This document shows positions 39,606-52,801 of a stretch of 64,000 nucleotides of DNA, one piece after another. Numbering within the stretch: the first letter of the stretch is position 1; each line of letters opens with the position of its first letter. A program made the position numbers and the translations under genes. This DNA is from Dehalococcoidia bacterium (GTDB taxonomy: Bacteria; Chloroflexota; Dehalococcoidia; Bin125), in the NCBI GenBank assembly GCA_963663895.2, contig CAXXRD010000001.1:288001-352000 (forward strand). The letters run 5' to 3'. Under the pieces are notes generated by a model. It saw only the letters and a program-made list of their open reading frames with translations. It did not search any database and was not told the origin of the DNA.

Positions 39606-40502
39606 ATAGCCATCTCACACTGCCCGATCTGCGATCGCGATCAGCGCCCGGACGCCCGCTTCTGCGACTCCTGCGGCGCCCGCCGCCCCCGCACGAGGGA
39701 CTCCAGCCTGCAAGGCGACTGCACCGTAGTCCTCACCTTCGACCTCGACGGTCCCTCGGCCACCATCAGCCAGAATCCCAAGGTCGAACGGCGTCCTTCC
39801 ACGCTCTCGCTAGGAGAGTACGGTCCTGCCGTCGCCACGCCCCTAATCCTCGACCTGCTCGCCGCGCATGACATCCCCGCCTCCTTCTACATCCCCGGCT
39901 GGGTCGCAGAACGCCATCCCGCCCTCGTCCGCCGTATCGCGGACGCCGGCCACGAAATCGGCCATCACGGCTACCTCCACGAGCCTCCTGCCTCCCTCTC
40001 CCCGGATGAAGAAGCCGCCGTCCTCGACAAAGCCACCGCCATCCTCCGGCCCTTCGCCGGCGCAACTCTCCGAGGCTACCGCTCCCCAGCCTGGGAACTC
40101 AGCGAGCATTCCCTGGCCCTTCTCCGCGACCGCAACTTCCTCTACGACTCCAGCCTCATGGGCGACGACCGCCCCTACGCCCTCGGCAACGGGCTCGTCG
40201 AAATCCCCGTCCATTGGGCCCTAGACGACTATCCCTACTTCAACTTCAGCGCCCTCGACACCAGCCGCCTCCCCGCCTCCCCCGCACACGTCCTCGACAC
40301 CTGGGCCGCCGCCTTCGAAGAGCTCCACGCACGCCGCGCCCTCTTCGTCCTCACCACCCACCCCTCCATCATCGGTCGCCCCGGGCGCCTCCGCCTGATC
40401 GAGCGCCTCATCCAGTACATCCGCACCTTCCCCAATGTGCGCTTCACCCGCGCGATCGACGTCGCCCAGCAGTTCGCCCGCTCACAGCCCCCCAACGGCT
40501 AA
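39606..40502 (+). CDS. Polysaccharide deacetylase with N-terminal zinc ribbon (no canonical start found)
   Basis: CPIC...FCDSCG; LTFDLD, HEIGHHGYLH, GYRSP, YDSSL. Confidence 0.8.
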   Translation: MAISHCPICDRDQRPDARFCDSCGARRPRTRDSSLQGDCTVVLTFDLDGPSATISQNPKVERRPSTLSLGEYGPAVATPLILDLLAAHDIPASFYIPGWVAERHPALVRRIADAGHEIGHHGYLHEPPASLSPDEEAAVLDKATAILRPFAGATLRGYRSPAWELSEHSLALLRDRNFLYDSSLMGDDRPYALGNGLVEIPVHWALDDYPYFNFSALDTSRLPASPAHVLDTWAAAFEELHARRALFVLTTHPSIIGRPGRLRLIERLIQYIRTFPNVRFTRAIDVAQQFARSQPPNG

Positions 40503-40695
40503 CCGCCCCCGCCCTGCTCCACGATAACCGCGTTCGCGCCAGCACCGCGATCTCCGTAACCGGACGCTCACCATCAATGCCGCGCGCCGCCCGCGGTCGA
40601 CAGCGCGCGCAACGCGGCGCTATCGTACCGGCGCGCTGACCCGACCACCCAACTCCGCCTCCACGGCGTGACCCGCCTAAAACCGGGAGTCAGAC

Positions 40696-41460
40696 ATGCA
40701 AGAAACGATCCGATTCCTGCGCCACATCTGGGACGATACCGGCTGGCGAACCGCGATCATCGCCTCGTTCCTGACCTTCTTGCTCGAAACGTTCATGGTG
40801 GTCGGCGACGCCCCAGTCGGCACCAGCCTGATGTGGACCGCGATGCTCGTCTCGCTGATCCTGATCTCCCGCGGGCTCACGCTGCGGCCGCTGCGCGGCC
40901 AGCTGAGCGACGTGGAGAACATCAGTCTGCTGCTCGGCATCGCCGGATTGGTCACTGCCCAGGTGATCTACATCTACACCAGCGTCGGTCCGACCTTCAT
41001 CGATCAGCCGATCTTCTGGCCGTTCTCGCTCGTCTTCGCCTTGATCCAAGTCTGCTCGCGGCTCATCGCGCCGCATCTCCTCCGACCGCTCAACATCTGG
41101 TTGCTCGTCCTCATGTTCCTCTATTTCTGGATGACCGTCGGGACCTGGACAGCGGAGGCCGTGTTCCCAGAGCCGCCCTTCACCTGGAGCGTCGCGCTGA
41201 TCGCCTTTGCCTTTATCGGACGCTGGATCGCGGGCCGTGGCCTCGCCGGACCGATCACGAGTCCGCTCAACGTCGCCACCGGACTCTTCGTCGTGCTGAC
41301 CCTCTGGCTAGAGTTCGGGGCGCAGATCAGCGGCGTTGGCGCCGACCCGTGGGGGCTCCAGGAGCTCTACTGGCCCTGGCTGCTCATGACCGGCGGGCTG
41401 GCGCTCGGCTGCCGCATCGTCGCTCCCCACGTCTCCGCCCGGATCGGCGGCGCCGACTAA
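40696..41460 (+). CDS. Hypothetical multi-pass membrane protein
   Basis: About 8 hydrophobic segments; SD GGGAG. Confidence 0.75.
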   Translation: MQETIRFLRHIWDDTGWRTAIIASFLTFLLETFMVVGDAPVGTSLMWTAMLVSLILISRGLTLRPLRGQLSDVENISLLLGIAGLVTAQVIYIYTSVGPTFIDQPIFWPFSLVFALIQVCSRLIAPHLLRPLNIWLLVLMFLYFWMTVGTWTAEAVFPEPPFTWSVALIAFAFIGRWIAGRGLAGPITSPLNVATGLFVVLTLWLEFGAQISGVGADPWGLQELYWPWLLMTGGLALGCRIVAPHVSARIGGAD

Positions 41461-41541
41461 GCCCGACAGCGTTCCAGCACCCCGTCCGCCGCCACGGCGC
41501 GGGATTCACCCGCGTCCGCGACGGGATCGAGCAGCCCGCCG

Positions 41542-44271
<2,730 letters not shown>

Positions 44272-44325
44272 CCCCAAGCCTCGCCTGCCCAATCCTCATT
44301 CCCCAATCCTCAATCAAGGACGCCG

Positions 44326-44781
44326 CTAATCCGCCGGGTGCACACGGAGGCAGACCTGATAGTCGATCGTTGGCTTCAGCACCCGGCTCACATAGCAGCC
44401 TCGCTCCGCCCGCTCCACCAACTCCTCCCATCTCTCCTGCGACGCCGCGCTCCACACATCCAGCTCCAGCCGCACCGACTCCACCTGCCGCTCCGCGTTC
44501 GCAACCATTCGCCCCTCGATCTTGCGCAGCGGTACAGCGCGCCGCTCCGCCACCAACTGCAGGGTGATCAGCATGCAACCGCCCAGCGCGCCCAGGAACG
44601 CGTTCACCGGCGTCGGCCCCAGGTCGCTCCCGCCCGCCGACACCGGCTGGTCCAACATCCATCGATGCGCACCCCGCTCGAGCGTTACCGTGGGGTTGAA
44701 CCCTTCGACGGACGCCCGCACCTCGCGCTTGCCCAGCGCCTCCGCCTCCCGCACCGGCACCGGCTCTTTCACGATCTCCAT
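44326..44781 (-). CDS. OsmC family protein
   Basis: DQP...GG.D.GPTP, ALGGC, second Cys in GCYVS. Confidence 0.85.
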   Translation of the reverse strand: MEIVKEPVPVREAEALGKREVRASVEGFNPTVTLERGAHRWMLDQPVSAGGSDLGPTPVNAFLGALGGCMLITLQLVAERRAVPLRKIEGRMVANAERQVESVRLELDVWSAASQERWEELVERAERGCYVSRVLKPTIDYQVCLRVHPAD

Positions 44782-44916
44782 CAGTTCTCCTCGACCGCTC
44801 TCCCGGAACAGTGGACGCTGCGGATCGGCGCCGCGCCGCGTGGGGGCAGTCTAGGCCTTTCCGCCGAGCTGATCCGCTATCCTCGCCGCCACGCTGCTCA
44901 GTTTGGAGAGTTTCGT

Positions 44917-45705
44917 ATGTTGCGCACCCAAGTCGGCAGCGTCGAGATCGCTGCTCTTATCGACACTTCCTTCGCTTTCCCCGTCCACAACGTCTACCCC
45001 AACGTCCCAGACGCCTCCCAGCGTTTCGCCGGTCTCCTCACCGACCAAGGCGCCCTGCCCATGATCTGCGCCTGCTTCCTCCTCCGCGCGGGAGGCCGCA
45101 CCATTCTCGTCGATACTGGCTACGCCGAAGCCGGCCAAGCGCAACTCCTCTCCGAGATCGCCGCCGCCGGCAGCCAGCCCGATGAGGTGGACACCGTCGT
45201 CTTTACCCACCTCCATCCCGATCACACCGCTTGGAACATCGACCGCAACACCGGCCGCCCGACGTTCGCCCGCGCCCGCTACCTCGTCCCGCAAGCCGAC
45301 TGGGATCACTTCCGCGCCCAGGGTTCCGACAACTTCCAGCGCGATCTCGCGCCGCTCGCGACCGCCGACCAGCTCGACTACTTCACCAGCGAGCACAGCC
45401 TCTCTCCATTTCTCACGACCGTTCCCACCCCCGGTCACACCCCCGGACATACCAGCCTCGTCATCAACTCCGGCGGCGCCCACGGCTTCATCCTCGGCGA
45501 TGTTCTGCTCTCCCCCCTTGATGTCCTTGATACCACCCTCGAGAACGGTTTCGACGTTGACGGCGCCCAGGCCCGCGTCACGCGCCAAACCGTCCTCACT
45601 CGCCTGGAGGAGAGCGGTGAGATCGTGGCCTCCTCACATCTCGCGCCTGGTCTCGGGCGTATCGCCACCACCGATGACGGCCGCGCCTGGCAGCCGCTCA
45701 GCTAA
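44917..45705 (+). CDS. MBL-fold metallo-hydrolase
   Basis: LVDTG, THLHPDH, PGHTPGH, GD. Confidence 0.9.
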   Translation: MLRTQVGSVEIAALIDTSFAFPVHNVYPNVPDASQRFAGLLTDQGALPMICACFLLRAGGRTILVDTGYAEAGQAQLLSEIAAAGSQPDEVDTVVFTHLHPDHTAWNIDRNTGRPTFARARYLVPQADWDHFRAQGSDNFQRDLAPLATADQLDYFTSEHSLSPFLTTVPTPGHTPGHTSLVINSGGAHGFILGDVLLSPLDVLDTTLENGFDVDGAQARVTRQTVLTRLEESGEIVASSHLAPGLGRIATTDDGRAWQPLS

Positions 45706-45721
45706 CCCGCGCGTGCGCCCG

Positions 45722-46171
45722 CTATGCCGGCCGCTTCTTGATCAGATACGCGTGCATGCCTTCCAAGCAGATCTCGTCCCGCTGGTTCTTGACCTGGCTC
45801 CTTAGCCGCACCACTCCCACCTCCCGCTTGGGCACCAACTCGCTCACCTCCAACGTCGGGTAGATCGTGTCCCCGAGCAGCACCGGCTTCAAAAACCGCG
45901 ACGACTGCTCCAGAAACGCCACGATCGATCCCTCCGTGTGCGGACTCAGCGTGGACGCTCCCGCCGCCGTCATCGACGCCACCAGCAGCCCGTGCGCGAT
46001 CGGCTTCCCGAACCGCGTCCGCTTCGCGTGCTCCACGTCGTAGTGGATCGGATGGTTGTCCCCCGTCAGTCCCGCGAAAAAGAGGAAGTGTGCATCCGTC
46101 AACGTCTTCGAGGGGATCGTGAACGTCTCTCCCAGCTCGAAGTCTTCGAAATACTTTGTCGGCGGCGCCAT
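45722..46171 (-). CDS. MaoC family dehydratase
   Basis: YFEDF, TGDNHPIH, IAHG. Confidence 0.9.
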   Translation of the reverse strand: MAPPTKYFEDFELGETFTIPSKTLTDAHFLFFAGLTGDNHPIHYDVEHAKRTRFGKPIAHGLLVASMTAAGASTLSPHTEGSIVAFLEQSSRFLKPVLLGDTIYPTLEVSELVPKREVGVVRLRSQVKNQRDEICLEGMHAYLIKKRPA

Positions 46172-46194
46172 CGCAACTCCCGATCTCCCAGGTC

Positions 46195-46584
46195 TCAGCT
46201 ATCCAACACCGCCACCGCGTCGATCTCGATCAGCGCTCCATCGCGCAGCAGCCCTGCTACGATCACGCCGGTCGCCGCCGAGAACCCGTTCTTCATATAC
46301 TCCCGGCGCACATCCGCCGTCGCCCGGTACCCCTCCGTGGTCGTGATGTAGTCCGTGGTCTGCACGACATCGTCGAAGCTCCCGCCCGCCGCCTTCAAGA
46401 TCTGATCCATTTTCTTGAAGATCTGACGCGTCTGCGACTCCATGTCCGGGCCCGCCAGCTCCCCACTCTCGTCCGTCCCCGTCATGCCGGAGATGAACAG
46501 CAAATTCCCCTTGCGCACCGCCGGGGAGAACGTGTACTTCGGATTCCACTCCCAGCCGGGGTTCACCACTTCCAGCGTCGCCAT
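46195..46584 (-). CDS. RidA family protein
   Basis: FSPAV, LFISG, LIEIDAVA. Confidence 0.9.
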   Translation of the reverse strand: MATLEVVNPGWEWNPKYTFSPAVRKGNLLFISGMTGTDESGELAGPDMESQTRQIFKKMDQILKAAGGSFDDVVQTTDYITTTEGYRATADVRREYMKNGFSAATGVIVAGLLRDGALIEIDAVAVLDS

Positions 46585-46767
46585 CGCAAATCCCTCTCTC
46601 ACTCACAACGCTCGCTGCCCGCACCATCGCTGATGCGCCACCTCGATTCAACCGTCGCGCCGCGACCAGTTACCCGCGACGCGCCGACGGGGCACGCGAG
46701 ATCAGCCGACGCCGCATTCCCTGAAGACGCTTCCCGGCCGGAGAGCCTTGGACGAATCCTCGCGGAC

Positions 46768-48054
46768 TCATGACGGCCAGAGAATGGCCCCGCGCTCGAT
46801 CAGTCGGCGCTGCAGCAGCTGCACGTCCAGCTGTTTCGGCTCGACCCCCGTCGTCAGCGCCAGCGCCGCCGCCGTCCCCGCCGCCTCTCCCGTCGCTATG
46901 CAGGACGGGATCTCCTTGGTCGCGTGATGCACGCGATGGTCCACCGAGATGCACCGCCCCGCCACCAGCACATTGCTCAGCTCTCGCGGCAGCAAGCTCC
47001 GATAGGGAATGTGGTACAGCACGTCATACTTCGTCCAGTGCCCTGTCACCGCCACTACGTCCTCGAACTTCCTGTCCAAATCCTCGCGGCGCAACACGTA
47101 CTCCCCCTGCAACCGCCGGCTCTCCGTTACCCCAAGCTGATCCGCCACGTGGCACACGTGCGCCCCCGCGAACTCCGGCACCTCCTGCCGCAGCCGCTCC
47201 ACCTCCGCCATCACTCGTTTGCGACCCTCCAGCTCCGCGTACGTCAGATCCTCGGGCTTCGTAGCATCGATCCGGCGCGACATCGTCTCCGTCGCCCCCC
47301 ACGGCAACAGCACCTTCCCTTCCCCGACGGTCCGGAAGTACCACCCGCCCCGCTCGATCGCCGCTTCCGGATCCTGCACGCCACCCATGCAGAACCACAG
47401 CCACGGCAGCACTTCCTCTTTCTCATGCGCACATCCCGCCCCCGCCAGGACATCCCCGTCTCCGCTCGTGTCGATCACCACCTTCGCCAGTACCGCGAAC
47501 CTTCCCGCCTTGCTCGCAAACACCATCCCCCGCACCCGCCCTTCCTCCAGCAACGGCTCGCTCGCCCACGCATGCAGGAGCAGCCGCACCCCCGCCTCCT
47601 CCACCATTGTGTTCAGCGCCAGCTTCAACGCCTCCGGCTCGTACGCCACCGAGTACCGCACCCGGTGCGGCCCCCGCCCCCACACCAACCCCCAGCGGCG
47701 CGCATCCTCTACCAGATCCGTATCCTCGGAACCCCACTGCCCCGTCGGTGGGAAATACGCGGCCCCTCGCGCCGCCAGCCGATCCGTCACCTCCTGACAC
47801 AACCCTCCCACTACCGGTCGGCCTCGCCCGTCGTCCATCGTCAGCAGCAAGATGATCATGCCCCCCGTCGCCAGCCCGCCCAGATAGCCGTAGCGTTCCA
47901 CCAGTAGCACCTCCGCCCCATTCCGCGCCGCCGCCACCGCCGCCGCCACCCCAGCAATCCCCCCTCCCACCACTAGCACATCCGTCTCCGCCCGCACCGG
48001 TGTCTCGCGCGCCGGCTCCCGCACAACCTCCAAGCCAGCCAACCCACTCGCCAT
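46768..48054 (-). CDS. FAD-dependent oxidoreductase
   Basis: DVLVVGGGIAG, IDTSGDGD, IPYRSL, AGRCIS, GEAAG. Confidence 0.9.
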   Translation of the reverse strand: MASGLAGLEVVREPARETPVRAETDVLVVGGGIAGVAAAVAAARNGAEVLLVERYGYLGGLATGGMIILLLTMDDGRGRPVVGGLCQEVTDRLAARGAAYFPPTGQWGSEDTDLVEDARRWGLVWGRGPHRVRYSVAYEPEALKLALNTMVEEAGVRLLLHAWASEPLLEEGRVRGMVFASKAGRFAVLAKVVIDTSGDGDVLAGAGCAHEKEEVLPWLWFCMGGVQDPEAAIERGGWYFRTVGEGKVLLPWGATETMSRRIDATKPEDLTYAELEGRKRVMAEVERLRQEVPEFAGAHVCHVADQLGVTESRRLQGEYVLRREDLDRKFEDVVAVTGHWTKYDVLYHIPYRSLLPRELSNVLVAGRCISVDHRVHHATKEIPSCIATGEAAGTAAALALTTGVEPKQLDVQLLQRRLIERGAILWPS

Positions 48055-48114
48055 GACAACCCTCCCCGGCCCGCCTCCTAGCGGGATACTACCGGCTCGC
48101 CTACCCTTCCAGCG

Positions 48115-49161
48115 ATGGAGTACGGCCTCTTCTACCAACTCCCCTCCTGGCCCGAGCAGGACACAAAGACTCGGTACGACGAAACGATCGCCCAGATCGT
48201 CCTCGGCGACCAGCTCGGCTTCGATGTCGCCTGGCTCGCCGAAATGCACTTCCAACCCGAGTACTCCGTGATGCCCTCCCCCATCGTCGTCGGCGCCGCC
48301 GTCGCCGCCCAGACGCAACGCATCCGCATCGGCACCGGCGTCATCCTCCTCCCCCTCCACGACCCTCTCCGCGCCGCCGAAGACGCCGCCACTCTCGACA
48401 TCCTCTCCAACGGCCGCCTCGAATACGGCATCGGCCGCGGCGGCCGTCCCGCCCACTACTACGGCTTCGGCATCCCCGTGGAAGACCGCGACCAGCGCTT
48501 CACCGAAGCCCTAGAGGTTCTGCTCGGCGCCTGGAACGACCCACCCCTCACCTTCCACGGTCAGCACTTCAACTACCAAGAGGTCAACGTCACTCCCAAA
48601 CCTCTCCAACGCCCCCATCCCAGGCTCCGCATCGCCGCCAACAGCGGCGAGTCTCTCGAGCGCGCCGCTCAACTCGCCATCCCCATCATGATCACCCCCA
48701 TCACCAACGCCCGCAGCGACCTCATCGAGCGCTGCCACACCTACCGCCGCATCCGCGAATCGATCGGCAAACCCGCCACCCCAGACGACATCGCCGTTCT
48801 CTTCCCGATCTTCGTCCACGAAACTGGCCAAACCGCCCTCGACCAAATGGAGGACAGCATGATGCGCTACATCCGCATCATCGCCCAGACCATGCTTGCC
48901 GGTTACATGCATCACGGCACGGACCCTACGCAAATCCCCCCCCTCGCCCAAAGACTCAACACCATCACCTATTCCGAGGTGCTCGCCACCATGTGCATCG
49001 CCGGCGACCCCGACCAAGTCCTCGCCGGACTCCAACGCGCGCAGGACGACTACGGCACCGGCCAGATCATGTGTTGGTTCAACGCCGGCGGCCTCATCCC
49101 GCACACCCGCGTCACCGATTCCATGCACCTCTTCATGCGCGAGGTGACTCCGCGCCTCTAG
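48115..49161 (+). CDS. LLM class flavin-dependent oxidoreductase
   Basis: WLAEMHF, TLDILSNGRLEYGIGRG, PKPLQRPHP. Confidence 0.92.
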   Translation: MEYGLFYQLPSWPEQDTKTRYDETIAQIVLGDQLGFDVAWLAEMHFQPEYSVMPSPIVVGAAVAAQTQRIRIGTGVILLPLHDPLRAAEDAATLDILSNGRLEYGIGRGGRPAHYYGFGIPVEDRDQRFTEALEVLLGAWNDPPLTFHGQHFNYQEVNVTPKPLQRPHPRLRIAANSGESLERAAQLAIPIMITPITNARSDLIERCHTYRRIRESIGKPATPDDIAVLFPIFVHETGQTALDQMEDSMMRYIRIIAQTMLAGYMHHGTDPTQIPPLAQRLNTITYSEVLATMCIAGDPDQVLAGLQRAQDDYGTGQIMCWFNAGGLIPHTRVTDSMHLFMREVTPRL

Positions 49162-49257
49162 CGCACCCCTTCCAAGGCACGCGAAGCAGCGCAGGCCAAA
49201 ACCGTCCCAGAACTCGGTGAGCGAGGCGCACGGCGTGCCCGTCCTACGCGAAGCTTC

Positions 49258-49713
49258 CTACTGCTGATCCCCACCCGCGCTCAGTGACTCGCCTCTCGGC
49301 ACGAAGTAGTCGAACCGCGCCTTCCGCTCCCGGAACCGCCACCCCGCCTCCGTTTTCACAATCGTGTCCTCGTACGACCCCAGCGCTTCGAAATCGCTCC
49401 CACGCTGCGTTGTCCCCCGTAGCTCGAAATAGCTCCGTCCCCGCGCCTCCCGCTCGCTCACCAGCTCCACCGAGGGATTATGGATCAAGTGCCGGATGTA
49501 GCTGAACGCCTCCCCCACCTCCTTCTCAATGAACGCTCGCAGCGCCGCCCGGCCCGAAGGCCGCTGCCCCCGCACATCAAACGTCCCATCCTCCGTGAAG
49601 CACTCCAGCCAGGCCGCGAAATCCCCTCGGTCCACCGTCCAGCAGTACCGCTCCATCAGGTTCAGGATCGCGTCCCGGTCCGACAATCCACCGGCCTGCC
49701 CCGCAGTCGGCAT
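49258..49713 (-). CDS. SnoaL-like / NTF2 family protein
   Basis: DRDAI..L..RY...VD, FTEDG, RH, Y.D...KT..GWRF. Confidence 0.85.
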   Translation of the reverse strand: MPTAGQAGGLSDRDAILNLMERYCWTVDRGDFAAWLECFTEDGTFDVRGQRPSGRAALRAFIEKEVGEAFSYIRHLIHNPSVELVSEREARGRSYFELRGTTQRGSDFEALGSYEDTIVKTEAGWRFRERKARFDYFVPRGESLSAGGDQQ

Positions 49714-49724
49714 CGCTCTCTCCC

Positions 49725-50510
49725 CTACTCTCCGGATTCCCACTGGGGCTTGCGCTTCTCCACGAAGGCGCGCAATCCTTCGTCTCGCTCCGGCGACCCC
49801 AGATTCCCCACGAACATCTCGGCCTCGATCACCAGCCCTTGATCCAGCGGTGCCCGCATCCCTTCGGTTACGGCCCGTTTCGTCCGCTCCACCGCCCCGG
49901 GGCCACTCGCCAGCACCTCCCGCGCCAGCCCCAGCGCCGCCGCGTCCAACTCCTCCGGCTCGCACAACCGATTCACCAACCCGATCTCATACGCCTCCTC
50001 CGCCCGGATCCGGCGTCCCGTCAACAGCAATTCCTTCGCCCGCGACTCCCCCAGCAACCGCGGCAACCGCTGCGTCCCCCCCCACCCCGGAATCACGCCC
50101 AGCAATACCTCCGGCTGCCCGAACGACGCCGCCTTCGACGCCACCCGCAGATCGCACGCCAGCGCCATCTCCGTCCCACCTCCCAGCGCCGCTCCTCCTA
50201 TCGCCGCGATGTAGACCTTCCGGCTCCGCTCGATCCCGCGCAACATCGCATGCCCCGCATATACGAACCGCGCCCCTTGCTCCACCGTCAGCCCTCGCAA
50301 TGCTGTGATATCGGCCCCGGCCACCCATACCTTCGGCAGCGCCGACCGCAGGATCACCACCCGGGCCGATTCCTCCTCCACCGCCGCCACCGTCTCCGTC
50401 ATCTCCCGCACCATCGCCGCGTCGAACGAATTGATCCGATCAGCCCGATCGATCGTGATCGTGATCACGCCCGCATCCGGCCGCTCGACATGGAACCGCT
50501 CCGATACCAT
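49725..50510 (-). CDS. Enoyl-CoA hydratase
   Basis: AGADI, ALGGGTE, ACDLR, GQPE..LG.IPGWGGTQRL. Confidence 0.92.
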   Translation of the reverse strand: MVSERFHVERPDAGVITITIDRADRINSFDAAMVREMTETVAAVEEESARVVILRSALPKVWVAGADITALRGLTVEQGARFVYAGHAMLRGIERSRKVYIAAIGGAALGGGTEMALACDLRVASKAASFGQPEVLLGVIPGWGGTQRLPRLLGESRAKELLLTGRRIRAEEAYEIGLVNRLCEPEELDAAALGLAREVLASGPGAVERTKRAVTEGMRAPLDQGLVIEAEMFVGNLGSPERDEGLRAFVEKRKPQWESGE

Positions 50511-50672
50511 TGCTTCCCCCGAGCCGCGCCGCCCTCCATCGAACTTCACTGTCGTATCCGCGCTTATCCGCGAACAGCCGAAGGAGCGCCCGCCGCAACG
50601 TATCGCCTCTTTACCCCAGTGCCAAGCCACGGCGTAGAATCGCCCGGCGACCGACAAGGAAAGAACAACATC

Positions 50673-51842
50673 ATGGACTTCGAATTCACAGAACAGCAGC
50701 GCCTGATCCAGCAGGGCGTGCGCGACACCGTCAAGGACTTCGGCCTCGAATATTGGCGGGACAAGGACCGCGCCCACGAGTTCCCCACCGAACTCTGGAG
50801 CGCCATCGGCCAAGGGGGATGGATCGGGGTCGCCATCCCGGAAAAGTACGGCGGCGCCGGCCAAGGCGTCCTCGAACTCGGCCTGGTCACCGAGGAAGCC
50901 TGCCGCGCGGGCGGCGGCTCCACCCTCTCCATGCTCTTCATGGTCACTCCCGTCTTCGGGGCCGAGACCGTCAAGCGGCACGGCAGCGAAGAGCAAAAGC
51001 AAAAGTACCTGCCCCCCATGGCCGCCGGCGAACTCGACTTCAGCATGGCCCTCACCGAGCCCAACGCCGGCAGCAACACCCTGGGGATCGAAACCGCCGC
51101 CGTCCGCGACGGCGACAGCTACCGCGTCAACGGGCAGAAAGTCTGGATCACCGGCATCGACAAAGCGCAGCAGTGCCTCGTCGTCACCCGTACGACCCCG
51201 TTCCAGGACACTCCCAAAAAGAGCTTCGGCCTCAGCCTGCTCGTCGCCGATCTCCCGTCCGAAGGCCTCACTTACCAACCCATGGAAAAGCTCGGCACCC
51301 GCTGCCTCAACTCCTGCCAAGTCTTCTTCGACGATGTCCGCGTCCCCGCCGACGGGCTCGTCGGCGAGGAAGGCAAAGGCTGGGGCTACATCCTCGATAC
51401 CCTCAACTCCGAACGCATCGTCACCGCCGCCGGCTGTCTCGCCAGCGGCGACATCGCCCTCCGCCTCGCCGCCGACTACGCCTCCAACCGCATCGTCTTC
51501 AACCGTCCCATCGGCGCCAACCAGGGTATTCAATTCCCCCTCGCCGAGATCAAGATCACCCTGGAAGCCGCGCGTCTGCTCAACTACAAGGCCGCCTCGC
51601 TCTACGACAACGATCAAAACGCCGGCGCCGAAGCCAACATGGCCAAGTATCTCGCCGCCGAGGCCGCCTTCGCCGCCTGCGATCGCGCCATCCAAACCAT
51701 GGGCGGCTACGGCTACGCCGTCGACTCCGACCTCGAACGCCTTCTCCGCGACGTCCGCCTCTTCCGCCTCGCCCCCGTCGCCCAGGAGATGATCCTCAAC
51801 TACGTCGGGCAGCACATCCTCGGCATGCCCCGCTCGTACTAG
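50673..51842 (+). CDS. Acyl-CoA dehydrogenase
   Basis: ALTEPNAGS, NGQKVWIT, MEKLG, GGYGY. Confidence 0.94.
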   Translation: MDFEFTEQQRLIQQGVRDTVKDFGLEYWRDKDRAHEFPTELWSAIGQGGWIGVAIPEKYGGAGQGVLELGLVTEEACRAGGGSTLSMLFMVTPVFGAETVKRHGSEEQKQKYLPPMAAGELDFSMALTEPNAGSNTLGIETAAVRDGDSYRVNGQKVWITGIDKAQQCLVVTRTTPFQDTPKKSFGLSLLVADLPSEGLTYQPMEKLGTRCLNSCQVFFDDVRVPADGLVGEEGKGWGYILDTLNSERIVTAAGCLASGDIALRLAADYASNRIVFNRPIGANQGIQFPLAEIKITLEAARLLNYKAASLYDNDQNAGAEANMAKYLAAEAAFAACDRAIQTMGGYGYAVDSDLERLLRDVRLFRLAPVAQEMILNYVGQHILGMPRSY

Positions 51843-52022
51843 TTATCCTTGATTGCCAGCACCGTCGCCTGTTGATCTCTATCGGCGCCTGCGGACGAGG
51901 GAGAGCGAGGCGCCTGTCCCTGCGCGCTTGGCCGCGACAAGTGCAGCCGAAGTAAGCGTCGCCCGCTGTTGAACGGCACGACATCCACTGCACCTAATCG
52001 ATCGCCCACCTAACCTAGACTG

Positions 52023-52754
52023 GTGGGCGCACCGACTGGCACTCCATCTCTTCCCACCCCCGTCCTCGTCGGCGATCAACGCGTCGCCTACACCATCCGG
52101 CGATCCACCCGTGCCCGCCATTCCTCCATCCACATCCATCCCCGCCGTGGTCTCGAAGTCGTCCTCCCCCCGGGCGTCCCAACCGCCAGCGCCGCCATGC
52201 TCCTCCGTAAGGAAGGGCGCTGGCTGGCGAAGCATGCCGACGAACTCCACCGCGCCACCCGCACCCCCCCGCCCCTGCAGACCGGCGTCCATCTCCCCCT
52301 CCGCGGCCACTGGTACACCCTTGCCCTCAACACCAGCCCCACCCCTCGCGCCGTCCACACCGGCGATACCCTCCTGGTCTCCACCCCCCATCCGCACGAT
52401 CCCACCGCCGTTCGCGCCCAGCTCGAGCGCTGGTACCGCAATCTCGCCCGCCGCTTCATCACCGACCGCGTCCACGCTCTCCACGACGCGGCCGATCCCC
52501 CTGTCGCCCGCATCAGCATCCGCGACCAGCAAACGCGCTGGGCCAGCTGCTCCAACAACGGCTCCCTCAGCTTCAACTGGCGCCTAGTCATGGCTCCACC
52601 CCCCGTTCTCGACGCCGTCGTCGCTCACGAACTCGTCCACCTCACCGTCCACAACCATTCTCGGCGCTTCTGGCACGCTCTGGACCAGCGCTTCCCGCAG
52701 CACCGCGCCTGCCGTCGCTGGCTCCACCACAACGGACCCCGGCTCACCCTCTGA
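52023..52754 (+). CDS. YgjP-like / M48 family metallopeptidase
   Basis: RDQQTRWASCS, FNWRL, HELVH...NHS..FW. Confidence 0.88.
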   Translation: MGAPTGTPSLPTPVLVGDQRVAYTIRRSTRARHSSIHIHPRRGLEVVLPPGVPTASAAMLLRKEGRWLAKHADELHRATRTPPPLQTGVHLPLRGHWYTLALNTSPTPRAVHTGDTLLVSTPHPHDPTAVRAQLERWYRNLARRFITDRVHALHDAADPPVARISIRDQQTRWASCSNNGSLSFNWRLVMAPPPVLDAVVAHELVHLTVHNHSRRFWHALDQRFPQHRACRRWLHHNGPRLTL

Positions 52755-52801
52755 AGCCGAATCCCGACCCAATCGGTCACGCCCGGTACACTCCACAAGC
52801 A

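Noticed and set aside
44288-44316. CCCAATCCTCA imperfect tandem upstream of ppdK
   Set aside because: Short, imperfect and compatible with strand compositional bias; no supporting function.
51843-52022. Lower-skew intergenic stretch as an ncRNA or MITE
   Set aside because: No terminal repeats, no second copy in the window and no convincing structure.
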